From Pseudovirgaria hyperparasitica (lineage: Eukaryota): DNA of 64,000 bases. Made by a program: the position numbers and the translations under genes. Within the stretch, counting starts at the first letter, position 1; every line of letters starts with the position of its first letter. Below, piece by piece: positions 23,578 through 35,768 of the stretch. The notes beneath the pieces are model-generated. The model made no database searches, was not told where the DNA came from, and saw nothing but the letters and a program-made list of their open reading frames with translations. The stretch lies in assembly GCA_010093815.1 (NCBI GenBank), contig ML996565.1. The stretch is one strand, 5' to 3'.

Positions 23578-24910
23578 ATGACACTTCTACCATTAGCTAA
23601 GAGTGAGCTTGCGGCATGTATAACAGTACTTTCACTTGCGACAATCGCGGTAGCCCTTCGCATGGTTGCGCGGTTCACAAAAAGGCTCCGTCTTGGCATT
23701 GATGACTATCTCATCATATTTTGCTGGGTAATTAACCATTCCGACCATACTGAGGCCCTACTGACATAGACATAGCTGATGGCTTCTGGATTATGCGGGT
23801 CAGGAATCTATGCCGGCGCAACAAATCTTCACGCAAGACCGATCAAAACTCGTACCTTGGATCAATTTATCGCCGCTGCCAAGGTAAGAAGCAGGAGACC
23901 CGAAGGTCGATGTTGGTTACTGATTCTTCCCAGATCAACTTTACGAATATCCTCCTCTGGTATCTTTGTTTCGGACTAATCAAGATTTCGGTCCTCGTTT
24001 TCTATCAACGACTCTTTACGTTCCGGAGATTCAAGATCTTATCAAACATCTTAATAGGCATCATTGTGCTATGGATGCTGTGCGCAGAGTTGGTACGTAG
24101 ACTGATCGCAGTGACAGTGGTCGGGCAAGACTGACGCCAATAGCTTTTCCTTGCCAGGAGGAAGCCTTCACTGTTTTGGAATTATACAGTGCAAATATCA
24201 GATGCCAAGAAGCCAAAAAAGATAGACTTTGAAAACTGGATGCTCGCAAACGCATGTATCAATACGTCTCTAGACATTGCTGTCCTTTGTTTTCCATTGC
24301 CGGTTATTAGAAGCCTTCATATGGGAAGAGCCAAAAAGACCTTGTTATTCTTCGTCTTCGGCTCTGGAGCATTGTGAGTTGCTACACATGCTATATGCTC
24401 TCCGGCTGCTGACTACTCTTAGCTGTGTGGTCGCCTCTGCTGTCACTCTATCATATCGAGTGAAAGCCGCAACAATAGTGACTATCTCCGACGGATCAGG
24501 TAGGAATAGCTTTGGTGATACATTACAGTAACTAAGTTGATTATTCTCTAGCACTTGTCACATGGAATGTTGTCTGGGGAAACATAGAAGTATGCTCGTC
24601 GATTGTGGCCGCTTGTCTTCCTACTCTTGCGCCTCTCTTCGAGGTCACGCAAGGCATACTGAATAGCATTCGCTCACGTCTCGCATCACTCTCGCTTAGC
24701 TGGTCACGCTCTAGGTCAGTATTGCAGGATGAGGAGTCTTTGAGGCTTAACAGGATTGCTACTGGGAGCAAAGACGTCACGTCAACCGCAGCAGCGAGTC
24801 CTCGTGGTAGAACTGTTAGTGAGAAGAGCTATGACTCCGAGAAGCCCGAGCCTCTCAGCAAACCTCAGAACAGATTCGTTATGCATGCGAATGAGTTCGA
24901 TGGATACTGA
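23578..24910 (+). CDS. Pth11-like (rhodopsin-domain) integral membrane protein, no CFEM domain seen
   Basis: VALRMVAR..LGIDDYLI, IKISVLVFYQRLF, NTSLDIAVLCFPLPVI, IEVCSSIVAACLPTLAPL; several introns. Confidence 0.88.
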
Positions 24911-25393
24911 ACTTCTATATCATTTTGAAGGATATACGTAACCTCTAGGCGAATGGAAGAATCGACCAAAGGAGCACAAAGGGTTTCTGGCATGTTTCTT
25001 GAGGAAACCTTCGAGGTTGTTTATAACACTTTCCCTACATATGACGTTAGTTTCATCTATGACTTAACCCCTGCCCATATAGTCGTTTTAGTGCAACTCT
25101 GGCCCGCGAGAGAGAGAAAGAGGGAGAAAGAGAGAACATGACTTCAGCTACCGCTCGAAAGGATCCTAGCTGCTGACGTGAGCAACGTAGTATTCATCTG
25201 GCAGTGATGTAACCAGGTAGCTCAAAGTTCTGGTGATAGCTTGGCTCGTCCGTCCATACAGCATCCCTGCAGCCCAACAGATCTCGCAAGAGTCGCTTAG
25301 GTCCATGTGCGAAGCTGAACTTATCATGATTATTATTGTTTAATCCTAATGGCTATCATGATATATCTACCCACATGTTATCAGTATCATTAG

Positions 25394-27107
25394 ATGAACG
25401 ATACGCCAAATGCCGGCCCTCTGATCATGATGCCTACCCCTTCTATACTTGTTGTAGCTCTATGTGCTCTAATTCTGGTGAAGAGCTCGCCAAATTTTCA
25501 TTCCAGTATAACTAATATAACTAGTATCTATGTCATTGCATCAGGTACAATTGGTACTCAAGTCCCCTCGCTCGCCTGCCAGGTCCGCCTCTCTGGAGCG
25601 TCTCCAGACTACCTTTCATACTGTCCTTATGGAGAGGGCGACTTGTATACGACGTATTCGACATGCACAAGAAGTGAGTAGGACTGCCGAGGATCTTTCT
25701 CTTATGAACTAATGTTGGTCGGCAGATATGGAGATGTTGTGAGAATCGCGCCAGATGAGGTATCATTTGCAAGTGGCGAAGCATGGAAAGATATATACTG
25801 CCGACGGCCCGGTCATCAACCCTTCCTCAAGAACCCGATCTGGTGGGGAGAGATGGCAGGGCGCGCAGAGTCTATTGTGAGCGTTCCCTCTTGGGATGGC
25901 CATGAGAAACACAGGAAGATGATTTCGCATTGCTTCAGCGACCGAGCCCTCAACGACGAAGAATCGCTGGTACAAGCTCACGTCAATCTACTGATAAATA
26001 CTCTTTGTGCAAAAGTCGAAGAGTCACCAACCATGACAGCCATGGTCAATATGGTAGACTGGTACTCGTTTACAACATTCGATATCATTGGAGAGCTTTG
26101 TTTCGGTGATCGAGAAGCCTTTGGGTGCCTGAAAAACAGCAATTATCATCCTTGGATCAAACAGATTGCAACCTATTTCAAGTACGGGTCGCTTATGGCT
26201 ACAATACGCTTCTATCCTCTCCTTGCAAACATTGTACACCGTTGTATTCCCCGTCATGTGTACGATGCCCAAGAGAAAAACTATCAATGGGCGGTTAGGA
26301 AAGTCCGCGAAAGACTCAATTCAGATACTCCACAAAGGGATTTTATGAGCACAATAAGTCCTTACTTGAAAGGCTTCGGAGGCGCCCGAGATGAGAGTGG
26401 CATTAGTATGGCAGAGCTGGAAAGTAACTTCTATGTGCTAGTTAATGCTGGTAGTAGCACATGCACCACTGTACTTTGCGGAGCAACCAGCTACTTGATG
26501 AAGAGCCCTGAGGCTATGCTCACATTACGCAAAGAGCTAAGAGCACGATTCAAGAACACTTCTGAGATGACGTTCTCGAAGCTCGCTAATTTACCTTATC
26601 TCAACGCTGTCATTGAGGAGTCTCTGAGATTAGCTCCTCCTGTTGGAGGAGCACTCTCACATGTTGTACCCCCTGGCGGTGATACTGTCTGTGGTATTTG
26701 GCTACCTGGAGGTGTAAGTATTCTTGTTACTACCTTGTGTAGTCCTAGCTGATATTTTCACGTGATAGACTCAAGTTGGCGTACACCAGTGGTCAGCATT
26801 TCGAAACCCTTTGAAGTTCCACAACGCTGATGCGTTCAAACCGGAGCGCTGGCTTGCTGAGATCAAGACTGAGAATTCTCCATTTTTATCAGACGATCGT
26901 GAGACTGTAAGTGCATTCTCAGTCGGATCGTGGATGTGTATCGGTAAAAATCTCGCCATGGCCGAACTGCGTCTAATAATATCTCGGATGGTGTGGAGGT
27001 TCAACATCGCTGAAGGGAGAAATAAAGTAATATGGTCAGAGCAGAAGCAATATGTGCAGATGGAGTTGGACAACCTCGAAGTTGAGTTGTCTATGCTAGA
27101 AGAATGA
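25394..27107 (+). CDS. Cytochrome P450, CYP65/Tri11-like
   Basis: 4 exons. PLARLPGP, KYGDVVRIAPDEVSF, FTTFDIIGELCFG, YLNAVIEESLRL, FKPERW, heme motif FSVGSWMCIGKNLA. Confidence 0.93.
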
Positions 27108-28438
27108 ATGGCGGCCTCCGACCAGATGACCAGATGCCGCTCCTTATACCTTGACTTGCCTCTCTTTGTATGCGGAGAATTCTGCTTGTGGGATACTTGA
27201 GCTTCCTGAGAATGATACTGATCTTGAGCGGGGATAAGATGTATAGGGGGTCAGGTTTGCGTAGGGAACTCTGAAGAGTTTGAGGCCCCACATCGTGCAT
27301 ACAGAGTGCAAACCAGTACTTCTACCGCTGAGCAATCTTAATAAAACTAGTACGGAGGGCGTATCGATCGTAGGCGTGATAAAGTTTTCGGGCATATCCA
27401 ATCATAGAGTGTAGCGGAATAAACGTCCAAATAAAAGAGTAACAGATCAGAAGTGCGGCGCGGAATAGTATCGAATACATATATCTTCATGTCATTGGTG
27501 ACTCGACTCATCAATGGAAGGCTGTCTACAGGATGCTAAGTAAAAGGTATCAAAAGATTAGGAGCTTAGTAGCTGGTATGTTAGACAAGAAATGCTAGTG
27601 CTGCTCTTAATTGTTTGTGCACAGTGCGATTTTGTCTGTCCCAGTGTAAAGGAAGGTGTTGTTCCCCAGCAATGGCTGAGGATTGCCTACTCAACAGTTT
27701 TGAGGGGTAATATCGTGGTTCATAGGAGCGCAAAAATATCATCTTTCACTGGCTCTTTCCGGGTAGGAATATACCTAGGTGTTATTGACTTGTTGCATCC
27801 TCCGTTCGCGTGGTATTGGATGCAACATGGGAGTCAATACTTCGCTTCATCGTTCAAGTTTGTCGCGGTGTGCCTTAAAACCACGCCTAAGCAATACTCG
27901 AAAACTGGCATGTATTGACTCAAGCCTAATAATGGGAGACCAGACGCTGAGAAAGTCTTGCTCGGAGGTTTGCCAAGGGGATCCTCGTCCCATACGTCTC
28001 AAGCAAGAACCAATTGCTTCCCTCTATTTCTGCTCCTACAAGATGGTACATCTTCACTTTGTTTGGGCGAAAACCTGAGAATCTTATACGCTTGCTAAAA
28101 CGTATAATACGTTGCGAACTCGCATCTGGATAAGGCATTGATATGAAAGGCCTTCAGGAGACCTGGGTGGTGACATCGGAGTCGTCGCTGCTCTGTCACA
28201 AGGTTTACTGAGTATACCAGACGTGCCCAATGAATAATATTATACAGTGACAAGATAGATCGCATGCTGAGGCTGAGGCTTGTTGCTTGGAGTTTCCATC
28301 ATGCCTTAGGCATCACTGCGCCAAGGTTTCGCGAACGCGTCGGACATGGAAAAATTCAAGAACTATGAACCGCTTTAGGTAGACGCAGAGCTTCAGTCCA
28401 CTACGCTCCCCGCACCAAACACCTCTTTGAACACAAAC

Positions 28439-30149
28439 ATGTCACTGTCAATACCAAACGCTCCTAATGCAGGGCTCTTCAAGCAAGGCTATCAGAAGTA
28501 AGTCTTCCCCTCATTCGGCTGAACATTGAATTCATAGCTAACCAAAACACAGCTACGACGCCGAAGATGGCGCTGTCATTCGCAATATCGATGCCTGTCG
28601 GACGATTGCTTCGACCGTTCAGACTTCACTAGGACCGTACGGCCGGAATAAAATTGTCATCAACCATCTGTCGAAAATGATCCTCACTTCAGATGCTGCC
28701 ACAATTCTGAGGGAGTTGGATGTCGTGCACCCAGCCGCAAAGCTGATAGTTATGGCATCACAGCAACAAGAGGCAGAGATGGGCGACGCAACAAACATGG
28801 TGATTGTGCTAGCAGGCGAGCTGTTAAAGAAGGCAGAAGAGCTGCTGCGAATGGGTCTAAAGACAAGTGATATCGTACAGGGGTATGAGCGGGCACAGAA
28901 CGAAGCTTTGAAGATTTTAGAGTCGCTCGAGCTGGACAAGGTTGAGGACATACGGGACCAAGAGGAGCTGGCGAAAGCGATCCGGACCGTCATCGCCTCG
29001 AAGCAGAGCGGCAGCGAAGACTTCCTCGCTGACATGGTTGCCGAAGCTGTACTAGCCGTGCTCCCCAAGAATCCTTACAACTTCAACGTCGACAACATCC
29101 GCGTTGTTAAGATCATGGGCGGGAGCCTTGAGCAGTCGAAAGTGGTCAAAGGCATGGTCTTCCCTCGTGAGCCGGACGGCAGCATCAAAAAAGCTCAGAA
29201 AGCCAAAGTCGGCGTATACTCGTGTCCCATCGATATCTCACAAACTGAAACCAAGGGTACCGTGCTCCTCAAGAACGCAAAAGAAATGCTAGATTTCACC
29301 GCCGGTGAAGAGGCTCAAATGGAAGCCATCATCAAGGAGCTCTACGATTCAGGCCTCCGTGTCGTCGTCGCTGGTACTACCGTCGGCGAGCTCGCTATGC
29401 ACTACCTTAACCGCTTCAACATCCTCGTCATTAAAGTTCTCTCCAAGTTTGAGCTGCGTCGCCTCTGCCGCGTCGTTGGCGCATCACCGCTCGCCCGCCT
29501 CGGTGCTCCGATGCCGGATGAGATGGGCTCTGTAGATATCGTCGAAACTCTCGAGATCGGCGGCGACCGTGTCACCGTGTTCCGCCAGGAGAACGAGCAG
29601 ACACGCACCGCAACACTAGTCCTACGTGGTGCAACACAGAACCACCTAGATGACGTTGAGCGCGCTGTCGACGATGGTGTCAACGTCGTAAAGGCTATCA
29701 CGCGCGATCCTCGACTCGTACCCGGCGCCGGAGCTGCTGAGATGCAGCTGGTAGAGCGCATTACGGCGTTTGGCGAGAAAACTAGTGGGCTGACGCAATA
29801 CTCCATCAAGAAGTATGGTGAAGCATTTGAGGTGATTCCGCGCACACTGGCCGAGTCGGCGGGTCTCGATGCAACTGAGGTGCTCTCGCGGTTGTACACA
29901 GCACATGCAGCACAAAAAGGAGGCAAGAGCGTATGGACAGCAGGTATTGATATTGAGAATGAGGATGGCACAGGTGTCCTAGATGCGCGTGAGGAGGGCA
30001 TCCTGGATTTAATGGTCAGCAAGAGCTGGGCGATCAAGCTTGCTACAGAGGCGGCGAGGACGGTATTGAGTGTAGATCAGATCATTGTGGCCAGGCAAGC
30101 TGGTGGTCCGAAACCCCCAGGCCCAAACCCAAACTGGGATGAGGACTAG
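28439..30149 (+). CDS. CCT8: T-complex protein 1 subunit theta
   Basis: MSLSIPNAPNAGLFKQGY, intron, then YDAEDGAVIRNI..TSLGPYGRNK..TSDAATIL..GDATN..; C-terminus PPGPNPNWDED. Confidence 0.97.
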
Positions 30150-30313
30150 ATGTAAATATCGAGCAGCAGAGGGTCTGATATGAGATTTGCAATCGTCTGC
30201 AGGTTTCCGACTGCATGATAGGTCGCAGACCATAGAGGAGCATCGGATATCTTTGGTCCTCAGTACAGTAACAAATTTTATATCCCCCATGATAATCACT
30301 TTCCCCTAGGTGA

Positions 30314-31544
30314 TCAGAATCTTGAATTCCTTTGGTGAGACCTGTACGCCGTGAATCCAACATAAGCTCCTGTAACAACAAGCCCAAAGATCACAAATTT
30401 CAGAAAGAACCACGTCCAGCTACCTCCCTGCTTGTTCTGTTTACTGTATTTACTTCCCTTATTTTTACCGCTTCCGGCATTAGTGGCTGCGTTTGATCCA
30501 GGCGGCTGATACAAATTCTTGGTCCATATGTTGACGATGTCGTGGTTGTCGGCCAACTCACCAGTTTCGGCAGAGAAACCTAGGTATGCTACCGGTGGAA
30601 CTTTGACATCTTTGATGTCGAAACATTGCGTCCATTCATCTTCTTTCTTGTATTGTAGATCTAGACGGAGCGACTGGTCTGCGAAATATGTGAGACGAGC
30701 TTTCGTAGCCATATTTTGGTTGTTGCGAAGACCTCTCGCCTGACATTGTGTTAATTCATGGGTCCATTGATAAGAATTTGATTGAAAGGGCTTACCGAGC
30801 ATCCTGCCAGCTCATTTGATTTGCCATCATTATCCTTATCGTATTCAGTGTTACCATCACCTCTCATGGCCATGACGTAGGGAAATACTGTTCCTGGACG
30901 GTTGTTCTTATAGGTGTCGAAGAGGATGCCTATTCCCTCAAATTTGTCCGCTGATCCAAATACTTTGCCGCCTTGGGCTCGCTGTCTCGTAAGCCACATG
31001 GCCATGCCATCTCCATAAAGATTGCCTCCGCCGTGGATCTTAAATTCGACTGTGATCTGGACGCCATGTGAGCTGCGATGTGGTCGTCTCCGGATTATGA
31101 AGCCATACCTCCCAGTTAGTCGCAGTTAGAGGGACTCGCGAAAAAAGCCATCCTGCTCTTGAACTTCTCTCAGACGTGAGCCGAATATATTTATCTGTCC
31201 GTATCACGGTGTCACCACCAAAATCCCACCATCGGCTTTGCAGGTCTTGGTCGAGGTATGGCTGTCATATGATACGTCAGTATTACTTAGAAAAGGGGTG
31301 AGGATATGACACGGCTGAATTTGAGTGCAGTGAATATTAGGGGCTCCTAAACATACTGCTTCGAGACTATGTGTGCGCAACTGGAGTAGGTTAGCTAGGT
31401 TCGCATCAGCCGACTACTCTGTCTTACTGAAATAGCCTTGATATCCTCGCGGTCTGAATATCCACTTGAGCTTCCAGCAGCATCAACTCCAATAAAGGCG
31501 CTCGCAATCAGCGCAAAATTGGTCCAAAGTCGTGGGACCATCAT
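30314..31544 (-). CDS. L-type lectin cargo receptor (VIP36/LMAN2-like), type I membrane protein
   Basis: Signal peptide; LRTHSLEAPYLD..RWWDFGGD, GDGMAMWLT, FDTYKN, YLGFSAETGELADNHDI; C-terminal TM helix and short tail ending SRF. Confidence 0.93.
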
Positions 31545-31958
31545 CGTGTGCTCAGGGTCCAAGCCGACGCAGCACCCAAGGTTCAAAATGAAAATGAAAC
31601 AAAAGAGAAAGTCGAAGACGCAGAGAAGATGAGGACCGTGGGCGATCACTCAATGATAAAGAAGGTAGGAACTGTGGCGTTGTAGTGCCAGGGAGGAAGT
31701 CGTCAAATGAAACTCTTGCCCGCAACGTCAAGCTGTCCTTTACAATGGTGATCAGGGTTCGGTGGTGGGCGTGGGCGTTCGGCTTGGCGCGCGTTGCTGG
31801 TCAGGTTCCAGCATCATCGTTGAAATTTACAGCTCGAGCTTCACTACAAGCTTAACATTTGCCATATCACGTCCAACTACAATCAATAACACGAGGGACC
31901 TTGAAATCTACACACATAAATCGCACTCGTCAAGTCTCGTTCATCGCCAACTCTCAAA

Positions 31959-32281
31959 ATGGACTCCTCCGACCCAAAGACTGCCGTCATGCGCCAGATC
32001 CAGCAAGAAGCTGCTGTGACAAACGCGAGGTCGCTCGTCGAAGTGAGCAGACCAATTATCCCGAACCTCCCAAATCATGAACTAATAGTGTGCAACAGAA
32101 ACTCAATGATCATTGTTTCGAGCGCTGCGTCCCCAAGCCGTCAACATCACTATCAAAAAATGAAGAGACCTGCATGTCACAATGCATAGAAAAATACATG
32201 GCCGCATGGAATGCTGTCAGCAAGGTATATGTCGGTAGATTGCAAAGAGATCAAGCAGCCGGAAACAGCGGCTTCGTATAG
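31959..32281 (+). CDS. TIM13: Small Tim chaperone Tim13
   Basis: QEAAVTNARSLVE|KLNDHCFERC..CMSQCIEKYMAAWN (twin CX3C); one intron. Confidence 0.92.
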
Positions 32282-33359
32282 GTTGTAAAGCGTTCAGAGT
32301 CGGACCGTGGACATAAATATGTACGATAGATGGCATTGCGAAGGAATCAGGACAGTAAATCACGTACCGATATGTACAATATTAGAAGACGACATAATTG
32401 TATGTATGTACATAGCCATTAGAAGAATTTAGAAAAGGTTGCTCAGTTATAGATCCCCATTTGATAGCCCTCCAATGTCCTCAGTTAAGCTCTCGTGTTT
32501 TACCACTGACAACCACCGTCTCGCCCTAAAAGGACTTGATAGGCTGTCTCAACTTTGGCTTTTGTGTTTCATCATTGGACCGGAGGAGCCGAAGCAAATC
32601 CTACACCCACTACTTGGAGCATAACCCGCCTTCCTCACCACTCTAGACAACCATGGACCTGATCGCGCCCGCACGCTCCGATTGAAAACTACTATTTAGC
32701 TATCAGCGATCTAGGTCACTAGCGCGTGGCATAGAAACGAAGCATCTCAAGCAGAAGGGTATCGTCAACGCATGTTACCCGGGGGATCGAAGATTCTTTG
32801 GCTGGAGTAGCGGAGAGGGTACTGCCTCGCATAGTAAATGCTTGAACAAACTGTCGCTTATCGCCAAAGCTGTCCCTCGGATCTCTGTTCGAAGTCCGCA
32901 ACGCGCCACAAGCTCTACAGACACCTCGAAAGGAGCCGCGGAACCCGTCTAACGCTCAGTGCTCTCTTTAATTTCCATCATGAGGAGGACTGTAGTACAT
33001 CAGCGCCGACATCGCAAAGTCAAGAGGATAAGAACCTACCAGTTGTTCGTTGTCAAATCTCGAATGGCTGCCATGCATATCGCTAACTTGACGTCGCGCG
33101 CGAGGGGCGTGAGGAGTCCAGATTAGCGTGATGAGTGATATGATGTCAGGATCAAACCTTCGCATACTGCGCTTGATTTTATTTGCACGCGTTCAATTTG
33201 AAGGAACTCACAGATACAAGCTATCCTAATCCAATCAGAAGGGGGTATAAGTTGGGCGACTCTCAATCTCCATTTTTTCTTTCCTTTAGGTGCACTTAGA
33301 AGATGAATCTTTAGCATATATTCGACATAAGCGCCTGTCGAACAGAACCCTATCACATC

Positions 33360-34966
33360 ATGGCGTCATGGTTTACACGAGCCACGTCTAACCATACAGC
33401 TCAGCTAATAGTCACAGCTGTTGCATCTGGCTGTGTTGTTGGTTTTGCAATCGTTGGATTACAAGAGGCGAAGCGACGCTACAGAGTAGAAGATATAAAG
33501 GCCTCTATACCAGAGCTTAGTAGCAATCACAAAGCTACGCGCGTAAGAAGGCCTTTCCAGATCTCATTGGCTAAATCTGACCCTATTCCAGCTCACTGAA
33601 TATGGAGCTGCAGCCGATGTGTTTGCACCAAGCAAAGAAGATGAACGAGGCATGGCTATGGCAGTCAGGGCGAGGCAGGGTGACTGGGATGACGGTAAGG
33701 ACACAGACGTGGCGTGGGAGATAATGGCTAAATATCTTTACAGATCTCATATTGGAGCAGCTTGCACGTAACCGTGTCTTTCTGAAAGATGAAGGACTAG
33801 CAAAGCTACGCTCGTGCTTCATCGTTATCGTTGGACTAGGTGGAGTAGGATCACATTGTGCAGCCTCACTCGCACGGTCCGGCGTCTCGAAGATGCGCTT
33901 GATAGATTTTGATCAAGTAACACTATCATCCCTAAATCGCCATGCTGTCGCCACTCTCGCCGATGTGGGCACTCCGAAAGTTCATTGTATTCGTCGTCGA
34001 CTGGAACAGATCACACCTTGGGTGCACTTCGATTGTCGAAATGAGTTGTTCGGCGAGGATAGTGCCGGACGGCAACTGGGTGATCTGAACGGACAGAAGC
34101 CGGATTTCGTGGTTGATGCTATTGACAACATCGGTAGCAAAGTCGCGCTCTTAAACTACTGTTTCGAAAACAATATCAAGGTCATTAGCTCGATGGGTGC
34201 CGGCTGTAAGTCCGACCCAACGCGTATCTTGATTGGGGACATCTCGGCCAGCACAGACGATCCACTGTCGAAATCAACTAGGAGACGCCTAAGAGCCAAA
34301 GGTGTCAAGGACGGTATCAATGTTGTATTCTCCACCGAAAAGTCAGGCCCAGGGAAAGCACAGCTGATGCCTCTGGCCGAAGACGAGTTCTCAAAAGGAA
34401 GTGTTAGCGAGCTGGGTGTGCTTCCGGATTTCCGCGTGCGAATCTTACCTGTCCTGGGAACAATGCCAGCTATCTTTGGCCTCTGTGTCGCAAACCACGT
34501 CATGCTTGAAATTACCGGTTATCCGCACGAGTATATGCCGTCAAAGAATCGCGAAGGCATGTATGATGGCATCATGGGAGCTCTACAAGGGCTAGAATCT
34601 CGCGTTGCGAAAGCACAAGATATCGAACCGACAAACCTTCGAATACCGATGACACCGGACGATGTTGGCTATCTAGTAGAAGAAGTCTACAATGGCCGAA
34701 GTGTAGTGTCAGGTCTGTCTACGAGACTGGCTCTTTCAAGATGGAACGCACCACCCAAAGGTTTTGTTGATACATCAATCGCGGGACAAAAGGTTTCCCC
34801 ACTGAAACTTCGCGATCTTGTATGTATGACCAAAGAGGAAGTTGTGAAGCATGAAAAGGAAGTTCTGAAGGGTGACAAGTCACCAGAGGACCTTTGGGGC
34901 CCAGAAGTGGCAGCTAAGGTCGAAAAGCGGTTGCAAGAAGAAGCGTTATTCGAGCGGTTTCGCTAG
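33360..34966 (+). CDS. TCD2: tRNA threonylcarbamoyladenosine dehydratase (ThiF/E1-like, TCD1/TCD2)
   Basis: N-terminal TM anchor; EQLARNRVFL, VGLGGVGS, DFDQVTLSSLNRHA, DAIDN, SSMGAG, VLGTMPAIFG; 2 introns. Confidence 0.9.
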
Positions 34967-35768
34967 GTGCACTTATGAAGAACGATCGAACTTACATTAG
35001 TGGTACGTATATGTCTATATATGTATGAAGAATGTATCATATATCTACACAGACCAAGCGAAACCAACTTTCTTGAACATGGTTATATAATCAGAATACA
35101 GGTTCACTATACGGCGATAGGGGATCGCGATCATGTGGTATTACTGACACCCCCATTTCCAGTGCTCAGACTCTTGACTGCTCATATTACACTTCGAGCC
35201 GTAGGTTGAATCCTTGAACGATGTCACATCACGATGCAGCTGCGTCTATAGTCACCGAAAATAAAATTCCAGTCTCTCGAACTCGATCCGGAACGCTGGC
35301 GTTCTCACGAACTCCGGACACCACCATGCAACAGTCGCGGCAATTGCTCAGCGAGTTATAAGAGTTTTCGCGGACAATAAAGCTCGAATATAACAGCACT
35401 ACCTAGGCAGCTGCTGAAAGACCTATTATACACTCACAGAACGTGTACACATTTTTTGATAACATACCACAGACTGATTAACTACCAGGTGAGAAAGACT
35501 ATTATTAATCGACGTTGATGGCAAGACCGATACCCACGAGACCAACGACGCAGAATCAAGATTTCCTGAAAGACAAGGATCTAGAATGGAAGGACTAGAT
35601 TGACACATGAGACGTTGAAACCATGCCCCGATATCTCGGCTGCATGAATACTAATTTGGCAAAGATCAAGCACGGTGTTCGGTATCGTCTGAAATATCAT
35701 TGAGGCGACAATGAAAAGGCTCGCTCTATATTCTAGCACTTCTATAATAATCTAAACCGAAGTCAAAT

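Noticed and set aside
27144..28138. Short ORFs between the second P450 and CCT8 as extra cluster genes
   Set aside because: No recognisable motifs or consistent splice structure.
29402..30037. Long antisense ORFs over CCT8 (similar ones over NiCoT, PDS5, VPS17)
   Set aside because: Expected shadows of GC-biased codon usage on the coding strand; no independent coding signal.
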